A program made the translations under genes and the position numbers. From a virus (Duplodnaviria > Caudoviricetes), in the IMG/VR virus record IMGVR_UViG_3300028805_000055, positions 64,001 through 128,000 of that record: a DNA stretch of 64,000 nucleotides. One strand, given 5' to 3'. Positions 55,025 to 64,000 of the stretch are shown in pieces; the stretch's first letter is position 1, and the number at the start of each line of letters is the position of its first letter. The notes below the pieces were generated by a model. It was given only the letters and a program-made list of their open reading frames with translations, had not been told where the DNA came from and made no database searches.

Positions 55025-56434
55025 TTACACAGTCAGAGTTCTCAGCTTAGCCTCTACGACCTCGAAACACTCATCCTTTGACATATTAGGATTCTCGATA
55101 TAAGCCTCCTTAACTGCCTCCAGGAGTATACCTACGTTAGGACCTTTCTTAATCTTGAACTCGGTCATGATGTCGTTTCCGTCGATAGGGAGCTTAAGGT
55201 TTACCAGTTTGTCAACCTCGTCCAGCTCTTCAATTCTCTTTAAGACATCAAGCACCTGGGTCTTCTTCTTGTTGAAGACTTTATGCACGTTGTTGGCATG
55301 CATCAAGTCCATAGTCACTGCAAGGTTGTCACCACAAGAGTTTATCAGCTTTCTGATTTTCTTGTCTGGTGGCAGGAATCCATCAGTATAGGTAGAGAAC
55401 CACTCATGGTGTCTGATAGCCACACACACAGACTTGATGACATCGTTAGGGAGCTTCATTTTTTTAAGGTCAGACTCAGCAACCTCAGCACTAAACTGGT
55501 TGGGTGATACAGTCCTGTCGTTGGCTGTAGCTATCCTACCAACATCGTGAAACAATGCAGCCAATCTGTGCTCCTCATAAGGTTCTACAGCGTCCAGCAC
55601 TTCCATTGTATGGTCAAACGTTGTAATAACAGGGTTCTTACACTCGAATGCATGACGCATATCACTGATGTCTGGCATAATGATATCCAAGAGGCCACAG
55701 TAGAACATCTTACGAACACCGACACTTGCATTGGCTGAGCAGATGATTTTCAGAACTTCATCCGTGATTCTCTCCTGTGATACAATCTTAATTCTGTTGG
55801 CGTTCTTAACCATACCAAGCCATGTATCCTTTTCGATTCCCCATCCATATCGACAAGAGAATCTAATGACTCTGAGGATTCTCAGTGGGTCATCACAGAA
55901 GGTAATATCTGGGTCGGCAGGAGTCCTTATAATCTGGTTGGTAATGTCGTATAAGCCAGTTCCGTTGTAGTCGTAAATCTTACCGTCTGATATGTTGTAG
56001 TACAGCGAGTTGATGGTAAGGTCACGTCTCTTGGCATCCTCCTGGATAGTACCGTAGCACGTCTCTGGATTGTGACTGTCCTTGTGGTATTGCTCCTTTC
56101 TGGTCTGCACACACTCCAGCTCCATACCCTCACACTCTGGGTCATTATAGAACTGTACCTTTGCAGTGCCGTAGGTCTCGAATACAACAGGGTTAGAACC
56201 AGACTTATAGGAATCATCCTTTATGGCTACAAAGTTAGCAAAGCTAAGACCACCATTCTTCTCTTCAACAACAATGTCGATATCCTTTACAGGCTGTCCT
56301 AGTATCAAGTCACGGACACAACCACCAACATAATACACCTTACCCTCGAAGTAGTTGCCTTTAATCATTTCTTCCAACTTCTTCGTCACTGCAATTATCT
56401 TCTTATCAGCGTTTTTAAACAGTATCTCGTTCAT
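55025..56434 (-). CDS. cca: CCA-adding tRNA nucleotidyltransferase with HD domain
   Basis: YVGGCVRD, KDIDI, DAKRRDLTINSL, DDPLRILR, SQERI, LFHDVG. Confidence 0.88.
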   Translation of the reverse strand: MNEILFKNADKKIIAVTKKLEEMIKGNYFEGKVYYVGGCVRDLILGQPVKDIDIVVEEKNGGLSFANFVAIKDDSYKSGSNPVVFETYGTAKVQFYNDPECEGMELECVQTRKEQYHKDSHNPETCYGTIQEDAKRRDLTINSLYYNISDGKIYDYNGTGLYDITNQIIRTPADPDITFCDDPLRILRVIRFSCRYGWGIEKDTWLGMVKNANRIKIVSQERITDEVLKIICSANASVGVRKMFYCGLLDIIMPDISDMRHAFECKNPVITTFDHTMEVLDAVEPYEEHRLAALFHDVGRIATANDRTVSPNQFSAEVAESDLKKMKLPNDVIKSVCVAIRHHEWFSTYTDGFLPPDKKIRKLINSCGDNLAVTMDLMHANNVHKVFNKKKTQVLDVLKRIEELDEVDKLVNLKLPIDGNDIMTEFKIKKGPNVGILLEAVKEAYIENPNMSKDECFEVVEAKLRTLTV

Positions 56435-56451
56435 TCGAAAATCATTTTTGG

Positions 56452-56485
56452 TGCAAAGATATAAAAAAAATCTGAGACTACCAAG
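56452..56485 (-). promoter_or_regulatory. Bacteroidota sigma promoter with an imperfect hairpin
   Basis: CTTGG...TATCTTTGCA. Confidence 0.8.
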
Positions 56486-56513
56486 TAACAATCCCAGATT
56501 TAATATTATTTAA

Positions 56514-57281
56514 CTAATCGTCATCATTTGTTGTACATTCGTATATTGACACGATAGCATTTTCATCTATCTTAGTGACGAATTTCTCAAAGAAGGAATT
56601 TATCCATTCGTATTCATCCTTACCAGACATGTCAGTCCATCCGTTCTCATCAACATATCCAAAGTTCCAGTATGCCGTTGAATAGTTGACATAGGATTCC
56701 TTGTCTGGGAACTTAGAGAAATAGACATCCTTATCTTTCATTGCGTTATAGATAGTCTCTTCCTCCTCAGTCTCTGGTTTTCTTCCTTCCACAACCATTT
56801 CCCAAGCTGCCCTGTATACGCCCTGGTTATTGAGGTGCATTCTGTCCCAGTCAACATCAGAGCATTTAGCAGTGTATACCTCCCTTCCATCTTTCAGTAT
56901 CAGTGGTAGTGAGAAGTTCCTTCCGATGTGAGCTGTCTTCCATTTTCCGTTTGGATTCTTATCAGACAATGCATCACCTTCCTCATTGTAATACATCCCA
57001 TCAGTGAGCTGCCTGTAGTAATCAAACGTAGAAAGCGATTTAAGCCGCTTTACGTTCTCTTCTAGGGCTGATTTCATCTGGGGGTTCATCATTGTAAGGG
57101 AGGCATCTTCTAAGAGCTTCTGGGAGACTTTTATGGCTGTCTCCTTATACTTCTCAGCCTGTAGGAACTTATACTTAACGTATGGTTCTACTTTCTTATC
57201 AATCTTATAATCCTCAAGAATGGCTGCTGGGTCTTGCCCAACAACCATTACAGAGAAAAATTTACTATTCGTCTGTCCCAT
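56514..57281 (-). CDS. conserved phage hypothetical protein
   Basis: FSVMVVG...NPNGKW...GR...GW...W...VSIYEC pattern. Confidence 0.8.
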   Translation of the reverse strand: MGQTNSKFFSVMVVGQDPAAILEDYKIDKKVEPYVKYKFLQAEKYKETAIKVSQKLLEDASLTMMNPQMKSALEENVKRLKSLSTFDYYRQLTDGMYYNEEGDALSDKNPNGKWKTAHIGRNFSLPLILKDGREVYTAKCSDVDWDRMHLNNQGVYRAAWEMVVEGRKPETEEEETIYNAMKDKDVYFSKFPDKESYVNYSTAYWNFGYVDENGWTDMSGKDEYEWINSFFEKFVTKIDENAIVSIYECTTNDDD

Positions 57282-57283
57282 AA

Positions 57284-58708
57284 TTAACCATGTCCTTCAC
57301 CATCATCGGTTGCCATTACACCAGCAACTGCATTATTTCTGAAGTCAGTGATTGTATTCACCATTTGTTCTATTCTCTCATTACGCTGTTGAATAGTCTC
57401 TAGTGGATGCCCAGGGTCAACTGGGTGTCCAAGATTTCCAGCCAACTCTGTTGGGTCGAACGTTATTCTTCTTCCGTGAATGGGTTCATAGTTAATCCCA
57501 TTGTCATCCGTAAAGATTCTTCTATCGACCCTATAGCCGTTTCCACCATTCTCTACTATTGCTATTCTAGGCTCTTCTGTAGCATCGCCTTCCTCGAACT
57601 CTGGCAGTTCCTCAAGTTCTGGTTCTCCACGCTCTTCCTCCACGTCATCAACACCCATTTCCATTTCAGCGTCACCATCCAGGTTGTTTAGGTCATCTAA
57701 AAGCTCCTGGTATGGGTCTCTCGGTGGTTGGTTACGAGGTGCTTGAATGCCATGTAGACTGCCCGTAAACCTTTTAGGGGCTTTCTTAAAAGTTTTGGAT
57801 ATGTCACCCATTTCAAGACGAAACCCAAATGCACCCTCCACTGTGTCGTTCAAGCTAAAAATGTTGTTGATATCTGTTGATGCCATGAATCTGATGTTGT
57901 TGAGGTGACAGTTATCACCTTCACCAGTGAACATCCACACATACGGTTTCACATTAGCTTTAACGAACTCTGAGTAGATTTTGTCAATCGTCAATCTCTC
58001 GTTGATTGCGTCATCGATAACCTCCTTGTCTGAGCCAGACCACTTGCTATCCGAATAGGTTGAAGTGTCAGTACCAACGAAAGAAGGTGGTACATGGGTC
58101 ACAACACAAGCAATCTTATTGTCTGCCAGTATCTCCTTGAGTTCATCCTCGTTGAATTTGGTAGACTCGCCATCCCAGTACAGGGTCTTCTTGAGCCTTC
58201 CACCCTGGGTCTGCTTCCACTTCCTGTCAAGTGAGACACCACCACCAATGCAAAGGCAGTTGAATCCATTGAACTTGATGAGTGAATAATCATCTACAGC
58301 CTTGATGTTACTATAGTTGATTTTGCCCTCAGTAAAGTAGGAAGGGTCATCACTGTTACCACGAATGAAAATGATGTGGGTATTGTTCTTCTCCAGTATT
58401 TCGTTGAGTGACTTAAAGATTTCATCGAAATGTTCGAAACTCTTAGAGCCGAATCCTGTACTACCAGAGAAAATGATAACACTGTCGTTAAACGTGCCAT
58501 CACCCTTACGCATCATTCCAAGACCACCCTTTGGTGACTTCTTTCTCCTACTAAGTCTTTCCTGCCTCTCAATCTCCTTTGGATGGAGCTGGATGCTATT
58601 ACTAGATGACAACCTTTTGGAGATTATGGGAATCAGTGACTCTTCTTTATTCAGTACGCTACCTCCCAGATAGACGTTACTAAACTTTTGATAATCGTAA
58701 ATCTTCAT
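57284..58708 (-). CDS. degenerate metallophosphoesterase with a long acidic tail
   Basis: fold motifs present (FIRGN-x-DDP-x-YF, CIGG-x-x-S-x-DR, VTH-x-PP), but metal ligands are substituted. Confidence 0.75.
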   Translation of the reverse strand: MKIYDYQKFSNVYLGGSVLNKEESLIPIISKRLSSSNSIQLHPKEIERQERLSRRKKSPKGGLGMMRKGDGTFNDSVIIFSGSTGFGSKSFEHFDEIFKSLNEILEKNNTHIIFIRGNSDDPSYFTEGKINYSNIKAVDDYSLIKFNGFNCLCIGGGVSLDRKWKQTQGGRLKKTLYWDGESTKFNEDELKEILADNKIACVVTHVPPSFVGTDTSTYSDSKWSGSDKEVIDDAINERLTIDKIYSEFVKANVKPYVWMFTGEGDNCHLNNIRFMASTDINNIFSLNDTVEGAFGFRLEMGDISKTFKKAPKRFTGSLHGIQAPRNQPPRDPYQELLDDLNNLDGDAEMEMGVDDVEEERGEPELEELPEFEEGDATEEPRIAIVENGGNGYRVDRRIFTDDNGINYEPIHGRRITFDPTELAGNLGHPVDPGHPLETIQQRNERIEQMVNTITDFRNNAVAGVMATDDGEGHG

Positions 58709-58749
58709 TTCGGTTGAATTTTAGATGTTAATGTTTCCAATATTGTTAG

Positions 58750-58783
58750 TGCAAAGATATATATTTTTTTCCTAAAAAACAAG
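58750..58783 (-). promoter_or_regulatory. Bacteroidota sigma promoter
   Basis: CTTG...TATCTTTGCA. Confidence 0.75.
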
Positions 58784-58792
58784 TTTTGAAGG

Positions 58793-58826
58793 AAAAAAAA
58801 GTGGTGTAACATCCCTGCTACACCAC
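58793..58826 (-). terminator. intrinsic terminator
   Basis: GTGGTGTAGCA-GGGA-TGTTACACCAC then T8. Confidence 0.75.
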
Positions 58827-58835
58827 CCGATGGTA

Positions 58836-60902
58836 TTACTGAGCCATCACAGTTGCAGCACTTTCAAGCTCACTGAGCAAGTCTGCCATCTGAGCCTCGC
58901 TTGACTTGAATATGCTCTCGTCTGGCTTCAAGTAGTTCTTAAGAACGATTCCACAGGTGCTAGCTGTTTTCTCGTCCTCTTCTGTAACCTTAAGGTCTGG
59001 ACGCTTGCAAAGAGCCTCAACCACGTCCATGTTGTTGTGGGTCATGGCGATAGTCAGAGGTGAGAATCCGAAGTCGTTAGGAATGTTGACATCAGTCCTC
59101 TGCTTGGAGATAAGCTCCTTTGCAACCCAATTCATCTTGGAATACTCACAGGAGATTGTGAGTGCGGTATCACCGTTCAAGTCCTTGACGTTAAGGTCGA
59201 AGTTGTCATTAGCCATGATAGCCTTAATCATCTTCACCAAGTCTTCCTCTTCCTCCTGTGATGCAGATACCTCGTCAGCACCGTAGATGTAGAGAATGCT
59301 CTCCAGAAGTGACTCACCGAATCCGTCCTCAATCTTTGCGTTGAACGTTGGGTGTGAAACCATCTTCTCGAACAGCTTGAACATCCTGTTGTTCAGAACT
59401 GTGAAGATAGGGATACGCATGTTGAACTCGTAGCTCACGTTGATGTTCTCCTTTTCCTTCTCGATAAGGGCGATTGCACCAATCTCGTCGTTCTCGTCGA
59501 TGAGCTTGTGGAGAAGAATGGATGGGTCTATAGCCTCACGGTTCAAGAAGTCGTTAGGTGAAATACCAATCTGGTTAAGGTACTTGCTATTTGTCATGTC
59601 GGCATTGAACAAGTCCCAGATGTTTCTGAGTGATACGTCACCGTACTGGTCTTTCTGATATCTCATAACAAGCAGAGCCTTGTCATCGTTGACAGGAAGG
59701 TTCATATCCAGGAGGACATATACCTTATTATTCTGGTCAACAGGAATGTTTCTGCCGTTGATGAGAGAGTGTGAGATAAGTTTGCTCAGACCATCACGTG
59801 CGAGGATGTTGATGATGAAGCGGTTATCCTTTTCCAGAGCCACTGCGAAGTAGCCTGGGTTCGCCTTGATGAACTCCAGCATGGACTTGGTGTCCCACTT
59901 GAACTCTGAGTCCTTTGGCAGGTGGATGAATGTACCCATCTTAGCACCCACTGACTGCAAAAGCGTGTGGATGTTGAAGGTCTCACGACCATTGCTAAGG
60001 TCTGCAATCATTGGCTTGTTGTCACAGCTCTGTGCCTCGACAATACCACTACCCTTCTGGATAGTGAAACCAACGTGTGCGAATGGGTCGGTCTCACGAC
60101 GATTGAAGTCGAACAGGAAGTACTGACTCCTGCTATTATCGTGAGAGTCACCATTATAGCGTCCTACGTAGTCATTCCAGTGATGGCTTTCCATAGTGAT
60201 ACACCACTGTGTACGACCACCTCCACAAAGCTTTTTACTTGTCTCGAAGTTAGGGATACGGATGATTACATAAGGACCCTGGTTGAACACAATCTCACAA
60301 CCCTTGGTGTTGTTCTCAACAAAGGCAAGAAGGTCTTCCTTGTCCCACGTATAGGTAGCTTCCAGAGCATCCTTGATAAGCTTCTGAAGCTCATTGATAT
60401 CACGCACACCAGAAGCCTTGGTGTAGAAGTTGTTCTTACGTGACGATGGCAGACGGTTGAACTTGGCAAAAATCTTGCCCCATTCTGTCACATTTGCGTC
60501 ATGAGAAGCCTCCAATCCGTTAAGCTCGTTTGGAATGATGGCTGCTGTCAACATTCTACGCTGGTCGGTGTTGAAGTGAGAGATAATGTCCTTAATGATA
60601 GACACATTATCCAGTGCCTTCATTTCACGCAGGAGCTGGGCAATCATAGTCTTGTTAGAATAAGACACAATGTTCTTCTTCTCCAAGTTCCTAATCATTG
60701 TCTGGTTGACAGTTGCCCAATCATGAATCTTAGCAAGAGTCTCGTAATCGAAGGTCTTACTAAACACACCCTTGACAGCCCAAATCTGATAGTTTGGCTG
60801 ATTATCGAACATTTCGATGATGTTGATAAAGAGCTTGTTCGTCTCTGGATTGATTTGGAACTTATCAATCAAAGGCTGCATCTGTTTCTTATTATAAGTC
60901 AT
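58836..60902 (-). CDS. large phage protein with a T-x-WCI (PcfJ-like) domain and C-terminal ankyrin repeats
   Basis: RTQWCIT...QYFLFDF; DLNVKDLNGDTALTISC, DVNIPNDFGFSPLTIA. Confidence 0.8.
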   Translation of the reverse strand: MTYNKKQMQPLIDKFQINPETNKLFINIIEMFDNQPNYQIWAVKGVFSKTFDYETLAKIHDWATVNQTMIRNLEKKNIVSYSNKTMIAQLLREMKALDNVSIIKDIISHFNTDQRRMLTAAIIPNELNGLEASHDANVTEWGKIFAKFNRLPSSRKNNFYTKASGVRDINELQKLIKDALEATYTWDKEDLLAFVENNTKGCEIVFNQGPYVIIRIPNFETSKKLCGGGRTQWCITMESHHWNDYVGRYNGDSHDNSRSQYFLFDFNRRETDPFAHVGFTIQKGSGIVEAQSCDNKPMIADLSNGRETFNIHTLLQSVGAKMGTFIHLPKDSEFKWDTKSMLEFIKANPGYFAVALEKDNRFIINILARDGLSKLISHSLINGRNIPVDQNNKVYVLLDMNLPVNDDKALLVMRYQKDQYGDVSLRNIWDLFNADMTNSKYLNQIGISPNDFLNREAIDPSILLHKLIDENDEIGAIALIEKEKENINVSYEFNMRIPIFTVLNNRMFKLFEKMVSHPTFNAKIEDGFGESLLESILYIYGADEVSASQEEEEDLVKMIKAIMANDNFDLNVKDLNGDTALTISCEYSKMNWVAKELISKQRTDVNIPNDFGFSPLTIAMTHNNMDVVEALCKRPDLKVTEEDEKTASTCGIVLKNYLKPDESIFKSSEAQMADLLSELESAATVMAQ

Positions 60903-60940
60903 CTTTTAAAAATTAAATTAATTTGTTTTCGTTTCTATGG

Positions 60941-60974
60941 TGCAAAGATATAGATTTACTTTTAGAAAAACAAA
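60941..60974 (-). promoter_or_regulatory. Bacteroidota sigma promoter
   Basis: TTTG...TATCTTTGCA. Confidence 0.75.
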
Positions 60975-60993
60975 TATCTCGTGTTAATAAACC

Positions 60994-61176
60994 TTAAAAA
61001 CATGCAAAATAAACCGTCCAAAGTATTGCTACGAGAATCATGTTTCCGAAAGATAAATAAGCATCTTTTGTAGTCTCCTCCTCACCGAAAGCAATGATTC
61101 TGACACCCTTGCTAAACTTGTAGTTCCAGAAGAACAGTGAAGATAAGATTGCTAGAAAAAGAACTATCGTTTCCAT
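60994..61176 (-). CDS. small membrane protein
   Basis: two hydrophobic helices. Confidence 0.65.
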   Translation of the reverse strand: METIVLFLAILSSLFFWNYKFSKGVRIIAFGEEETTKDAYLSFGNMILVAILWTVYFACF

Positions 61177-61195
61177 TTAAGTGATTTTTTCGAAG

Positions 61196-61217
61196 GTGGA
61201 GTGCCGAAGCACTCCAC
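61196..61217 (-). terminator. hairpin with a cUUCGg tetraloop
   Basis: GTGGAGTGC-TTCG-GCACTCCAC. Confidence 0.65.
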
Positions 61218-61222
61218 TTATT

Positions 61223-63760
61223 TTATTGCCAGTCGTCATCATCAAGCTGATATCCTGCTGGCACAACAACTGGTTGTGCTACCTCATCACCAGTTGCAAT
61301 TCTAGGAGCTTGGACTCTTGCAGTGAAAGGCTCAAATCTTACAAAGGTACGTGAAGACGACTGTCCTTCCATCTTCTTAGCCATAGCCTCCAGTCTTTCA
61401 ACCGACTGTGCTACAGCCTGGTGCTTGCTTGCAAGCTCTTCCAGAAGCTTCTTAAGGTTTTCGTTACCACTAGTGAAAGCGTAGCCAATCCAAGATGAAC
61501 AACCATCACATCTCTCGCTGAAGTTCATGAGCTTTGCTACTCTCTCCATGATATCGTCAAACACCTCACCCTTCTTATGTCCCATGAAAATGGTATTGAC
61601 CAGTCTCTTGCAGTAGTAGTTGCCGTGCTCGTCCTTTCCCTCATGGTCAAGAATGTGTACAATGGCAAGATAAGTTCCTACGTACATGGTCTTCTCGTAG
61701 GATTCAAGTTTCCTGTCATAGAATGCCTGGATATCCTCACTTGTGGGCTTGTTGTATTTACCGTCATCAACTCTTCTGCCGTTTTCAATGAGAGAGTTAA
61801 TAACCTCTTTCAGTACGGTTGATGTATTACCATTACCAATAATGTTATGCATTGCAAGACCCCTTGAATAGAACAGGTTAAGGTAGTCGAATGACATACT
61901 TCCAACGATACTTGACACAATAAAGTCCACAGTGGTCTCACAACCAAGGTAGTCGAATATCACCTCAGAAAGCATGTGACCGTCCTTGATGGTTTCGTTC
62001 AACATAGGAACGTTGTAAGACAAGAACGCATTTTTTGCTTTCTCATAAGGGTCATCAGACCTTCTGATAATGTCATAAGGAAGACCGAATTGAGCCAACT
62101 TTGTATTGAAATCGAAACCTGGGTTCTGGCTGTGCTCATTAAAGATATTCATACAATAAGCCTCATCCTGTCTCTTATCACCGTTGACGATGATTGCGAA
62201 TTGGATTCTGTTAGGGTCATACTGACTCATAGAGAAATCCATGAAGATGATATGCTGCAAGCCCCAATGGTTCTCATTGATGGTCTCTATGTATGTGTCA
62301 CCAAGGAAGTATCTGATGTTTCTGTCAGTAACAGAGATAGCTACCAGATTATCCTTGTCAACCAAAACGTCAACATTGTCTTTCTTGACGCACTCGTACA
62401 AATAGGTGTACATAGCCTCCTTGTTCCATTCATACAGAGCCTTATCGTAGTGAGCAACCAGGTTGATGTCGATTCCACATTTGTCAAGGACGCTGTAGAT
62501 ACCGTTGTTAGTCCTAAAGTTGCTGATGAACGATTCAAGAAACACTCTCTCTTCCTGGGAGTCCTGCTTCATCATGTCGTTGTTCACGAAATCATGAGCA
62601 TGTGTAATACCCCTGTTATACTGAGTGGTGAAACCGATGATGGACAACAGGTCATCCTCTTTCTTTGAAAAGTCAAACACCATGTACTGAACAGCATCAC
62701 TCTGGTTTTCAACATAGTTGTTCCAGTATGACTTGTTCTTTGAAATACACCAGTTGGTAGTCTTTGCGAGGTGCTTGATTGTCTCGTAGTCAGTAACCTT
62801 AAGGAGTACAATATCATCTTTATCATACACAACCTCATATTTCATTTCCTCGACATTCTTGATGAAGTCCATGAAGGACTCCTTATTCCAGTCGAAGTGA
62901 GTGCTGGTGATATGTCTCATCTGTCTCATAAACTCAGCGAAGTCCTCTATAGTGGACATCTTGCGGATGAAATTGGTCTTTTTAGCCTCTGAGAGACGAT
63001 AGAACTTAGCAAGGGTAGTCTTATCCTTGTCAGAGAGTTCAACGCCCTTCAGCATCCTTTTCTGGGCTGTGTTGAATGAGTTAATGACATCGTTGACACG
63101 CTTCTCTTTCCTAAGGGTTGAAATCTCCTGTGAAAGAGCGTACATATCATTGCTAGATGTGTACGCAGTAATAGTACTCTTCGAGAGCTTCTTAATGAGC
63201 TGACCATATGACTCATTCCAAGCCATAACACGCTTGATGGTTGTCAATGACGTGCCATTCTGGAAATAGTTGTTGATAGCCCACATGTAGAAGTTCTTAG
63301 AACCCTCAGTATACATATAGATTCTCTTACTTATCTGGTCTTCGGTTGAGTAACCGAACTTGTCAGTAAGTGTACGAATCATCTTGGCGTTGGTTGACAG
63401 GAAGTTATTATAATCCTTAGTGAACGTTGGGGGCAGAAGAATAATCTCGTTGATAAAAGGGAAACCAGCAAGGGTAATATCACCAAACTCCATCAGTTTC
63501 TGGAACTGATAACCCATAAATGATGCTTCCTCTCTTGGGATAATACCAGAAGCCAGGGCACTATTAATACCAATGTTTCCGTAGTTGTAATGGTTGTTGA
63601 AGATAAGAAGCCTCTCACCAATGGGTGACTTAGGTTCAGTCTTCATAACCTTACAGAACTGATATCCAATACCCTCTCTGAAGTATATTAAAGCGTCTCT
63701 AAGAGAGGTGTCAGCTACTCTAAACAGATGTCTGACACCCCTAATATTCATTCCTATCAT
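61223..63760 (-). CDS. large phage protein with a T-x-WCI (PcfJ-like) domain, paralogue of 58836..60902
   Basis: FNTAQKRML, WNKESF, TTNWCISK, QYMVFDF, IGFT align with the downstream ORF. Confidence 0.8.
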   Translation of the reverse strand: MIGMNIRGVRHLFRVADTSLRDALIYFREGIGYQFCKVMKTEPKSPIGERLLIFNNHYNYGNIGINSALASGIIPREEASFMGYQFQKLMEFGDITLAGFPFINEIILLPPTFTKDYNNFLSTNAKMIRTLTDKFGYSTEDQISKRIYMYTEGSKNFYMWAINNYFQNGTSLTTIKRVMAWNESYGQLIKKLSKSTITAYTSSNDMYALSQEISTLRKEKRVNDVINSFNTAQKRMLKGVELSDKDKTTLAKFYRLSEAKKTNFIRKMSTIEDFAEFMRQMRHITSTHFDWNKESFMDFIKNVEEMKYEVVYDKDDIVLLKVTDYETIKHLAKTTNWCISKNKSYWNNYVENQSDAVQYMVFDFSKKEDDLLSIIGFTTQYNRGITHAHDFVNNDMMKQDSQEERVFLESFISNFRTNNGIYSVLDKCGIDINLVAHYDKALYEWNKEAMYTYLYECVKKDNVDVLVDKDNLVAISVTDRNIRYFLGDTYIETINENHWGLQHIIFMDFSMSQYDPNRIQFAIIVNGDKRQDEAYCMNIFNEHSQNPGFDFNTKLAQFGLPYDIIRRSDDPYEKAKNAFLSYNVPMLNETIKDGHMLSEVIFDYLGCETTVDFIVSSIVGSMSFDYLNLFYSRGLAMHNIIGNGNTSTVLKEVINSLIENGRRVDDGKYNKPTSEDIQAFYDRKLESYEKTMYVGTYLAIVHILDHEGKDEHGNYYCKRLVNTIFMGHKKGEVFDDIMERVAKLMNFSERCDGCSSWIGYAFTSGNENLKKLLEELASKHQAVAQSVERLEAMAKKMEGQSSSRTFVRFEPFTARVQAPRIATGDEVAQPVVVPAGYQLDDDDWQ

Positions 63761-63766
63761 ATAAAC

Positions 63767-64000
63767 TTAGAATTTAATCTCGTTACTAAACTTAGCAGTA
63801 ATTACCTCCTCGAATGGCTTGTATGCCAGACCGTTAGCCTCGCAGACAGCCTTTATACCCTCAAGAACCTCCTCCTTGATAGCCTTGATGTGACCATCGT
63901 ACCTGTCAGCAATATACTTGACAGTCTCGAACTTAATCTCATCCTCCTTGCTAACAGTTGGCTTAGTAGATGAAGAGCTGCTAGAAGAGCTAGAACTGCT
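63767..64000 (-). CDS. hypothetical protein (5' end outside the window)
   Basis: open frame ...SSSSSTKPTVSKEDEIKF...NEIKF-stop. Confidence 0.65.
   Translation of the reverse strand, partial: SSSSSSSSSSSTKPTVSKEDEIKFETVKYIADRYDGHIKAIKEEVLEGIKAVCEANGLAYKPFEEVITAKFSNEIKF

Noticed and set aside
4875-56491. N-terminal extensions in the ORF track such as MEIIWLSQIFCLLLQ, MKNKHPKIWLFQIFCLLLH and MLLGSLRFFLYLC
   Set aside because: They are translations of the promoter motif itself; true starts lie downstream
262-60974. CRISPR array or IS ends from the recurring tgcaaa...ccaaa motif
   Set aside because: Copies are irregularly spaced, sit upstream of start codons and match the Bacteroidota promoter consensus; no cas or transposase genes
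1-64000. Stop-codon reassignment (code 15 or 4) as in Lak and some crAss-like phages
   Set aside because: Genes are full length and tightly packed in code 11; TAG and TGA both end well-formed genes and no suppressor tRNA is present

Overview
A gene-dense segment of a large lytic phage, probably a jumbo phage, infecting Bacteroidota. A Prevotella/Bacteroides-type host is inferred from 29 copies of the Bacteroidota primary-sigma promoter TTTG-N~20-TAnnTTTG. Genetic code 11 fits. Almost all genes are on the minus strand, apart from a small plus-strand island (11.8-13.6 kb) and one homing endonuclease. No structural or replication genes are present, so this is early/accessory DNA. Recognisable genes: DUF932, GP88-like, GatB/YqeY, NUMOD4-HNH, M42 peptidase, PARG-type macrodomain, NadD, metallophosphoesterases, Hsp20, SprT, two Rnl2-type RNA ligases, NADAR, GIY-YIG-like endonuclease, PncB, PncA, a CCA-adding enzyme and two large paralogues (one with ankyrin repeats). 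RNA genes: tRNA-Leu(TAA), a tRNA-Cys with a long variable arm, and a tRNA-Ala-like gene with a 5-nt anticodon loop. Best candidates for undescribed biology: (1) an NAD+/ADP-ribose module, made of a deamidating PncA-PncB-NadD salvage route, two ADP-ribose erasers and five paralogues whose motif order matches VIP2-type ADP-ribosyltransferases with K-H-E in place of R-S-E; (2) an RNA layer, made of a ~780-nt structured GCC-rich RNA co-transcribed with the anticodon-defective tRNA, several smaller structured RNAs and five 3'-end U-rich anti-start-codon sRNA candidates; (3) genome architecture signals, namely promoter/terminator fusion cassettes, a CCWGG-free left 12.4 kb and a strand-skew flip at ~15.8 kb. 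All calls come from reading the sequence; no searches or folding programs were run.
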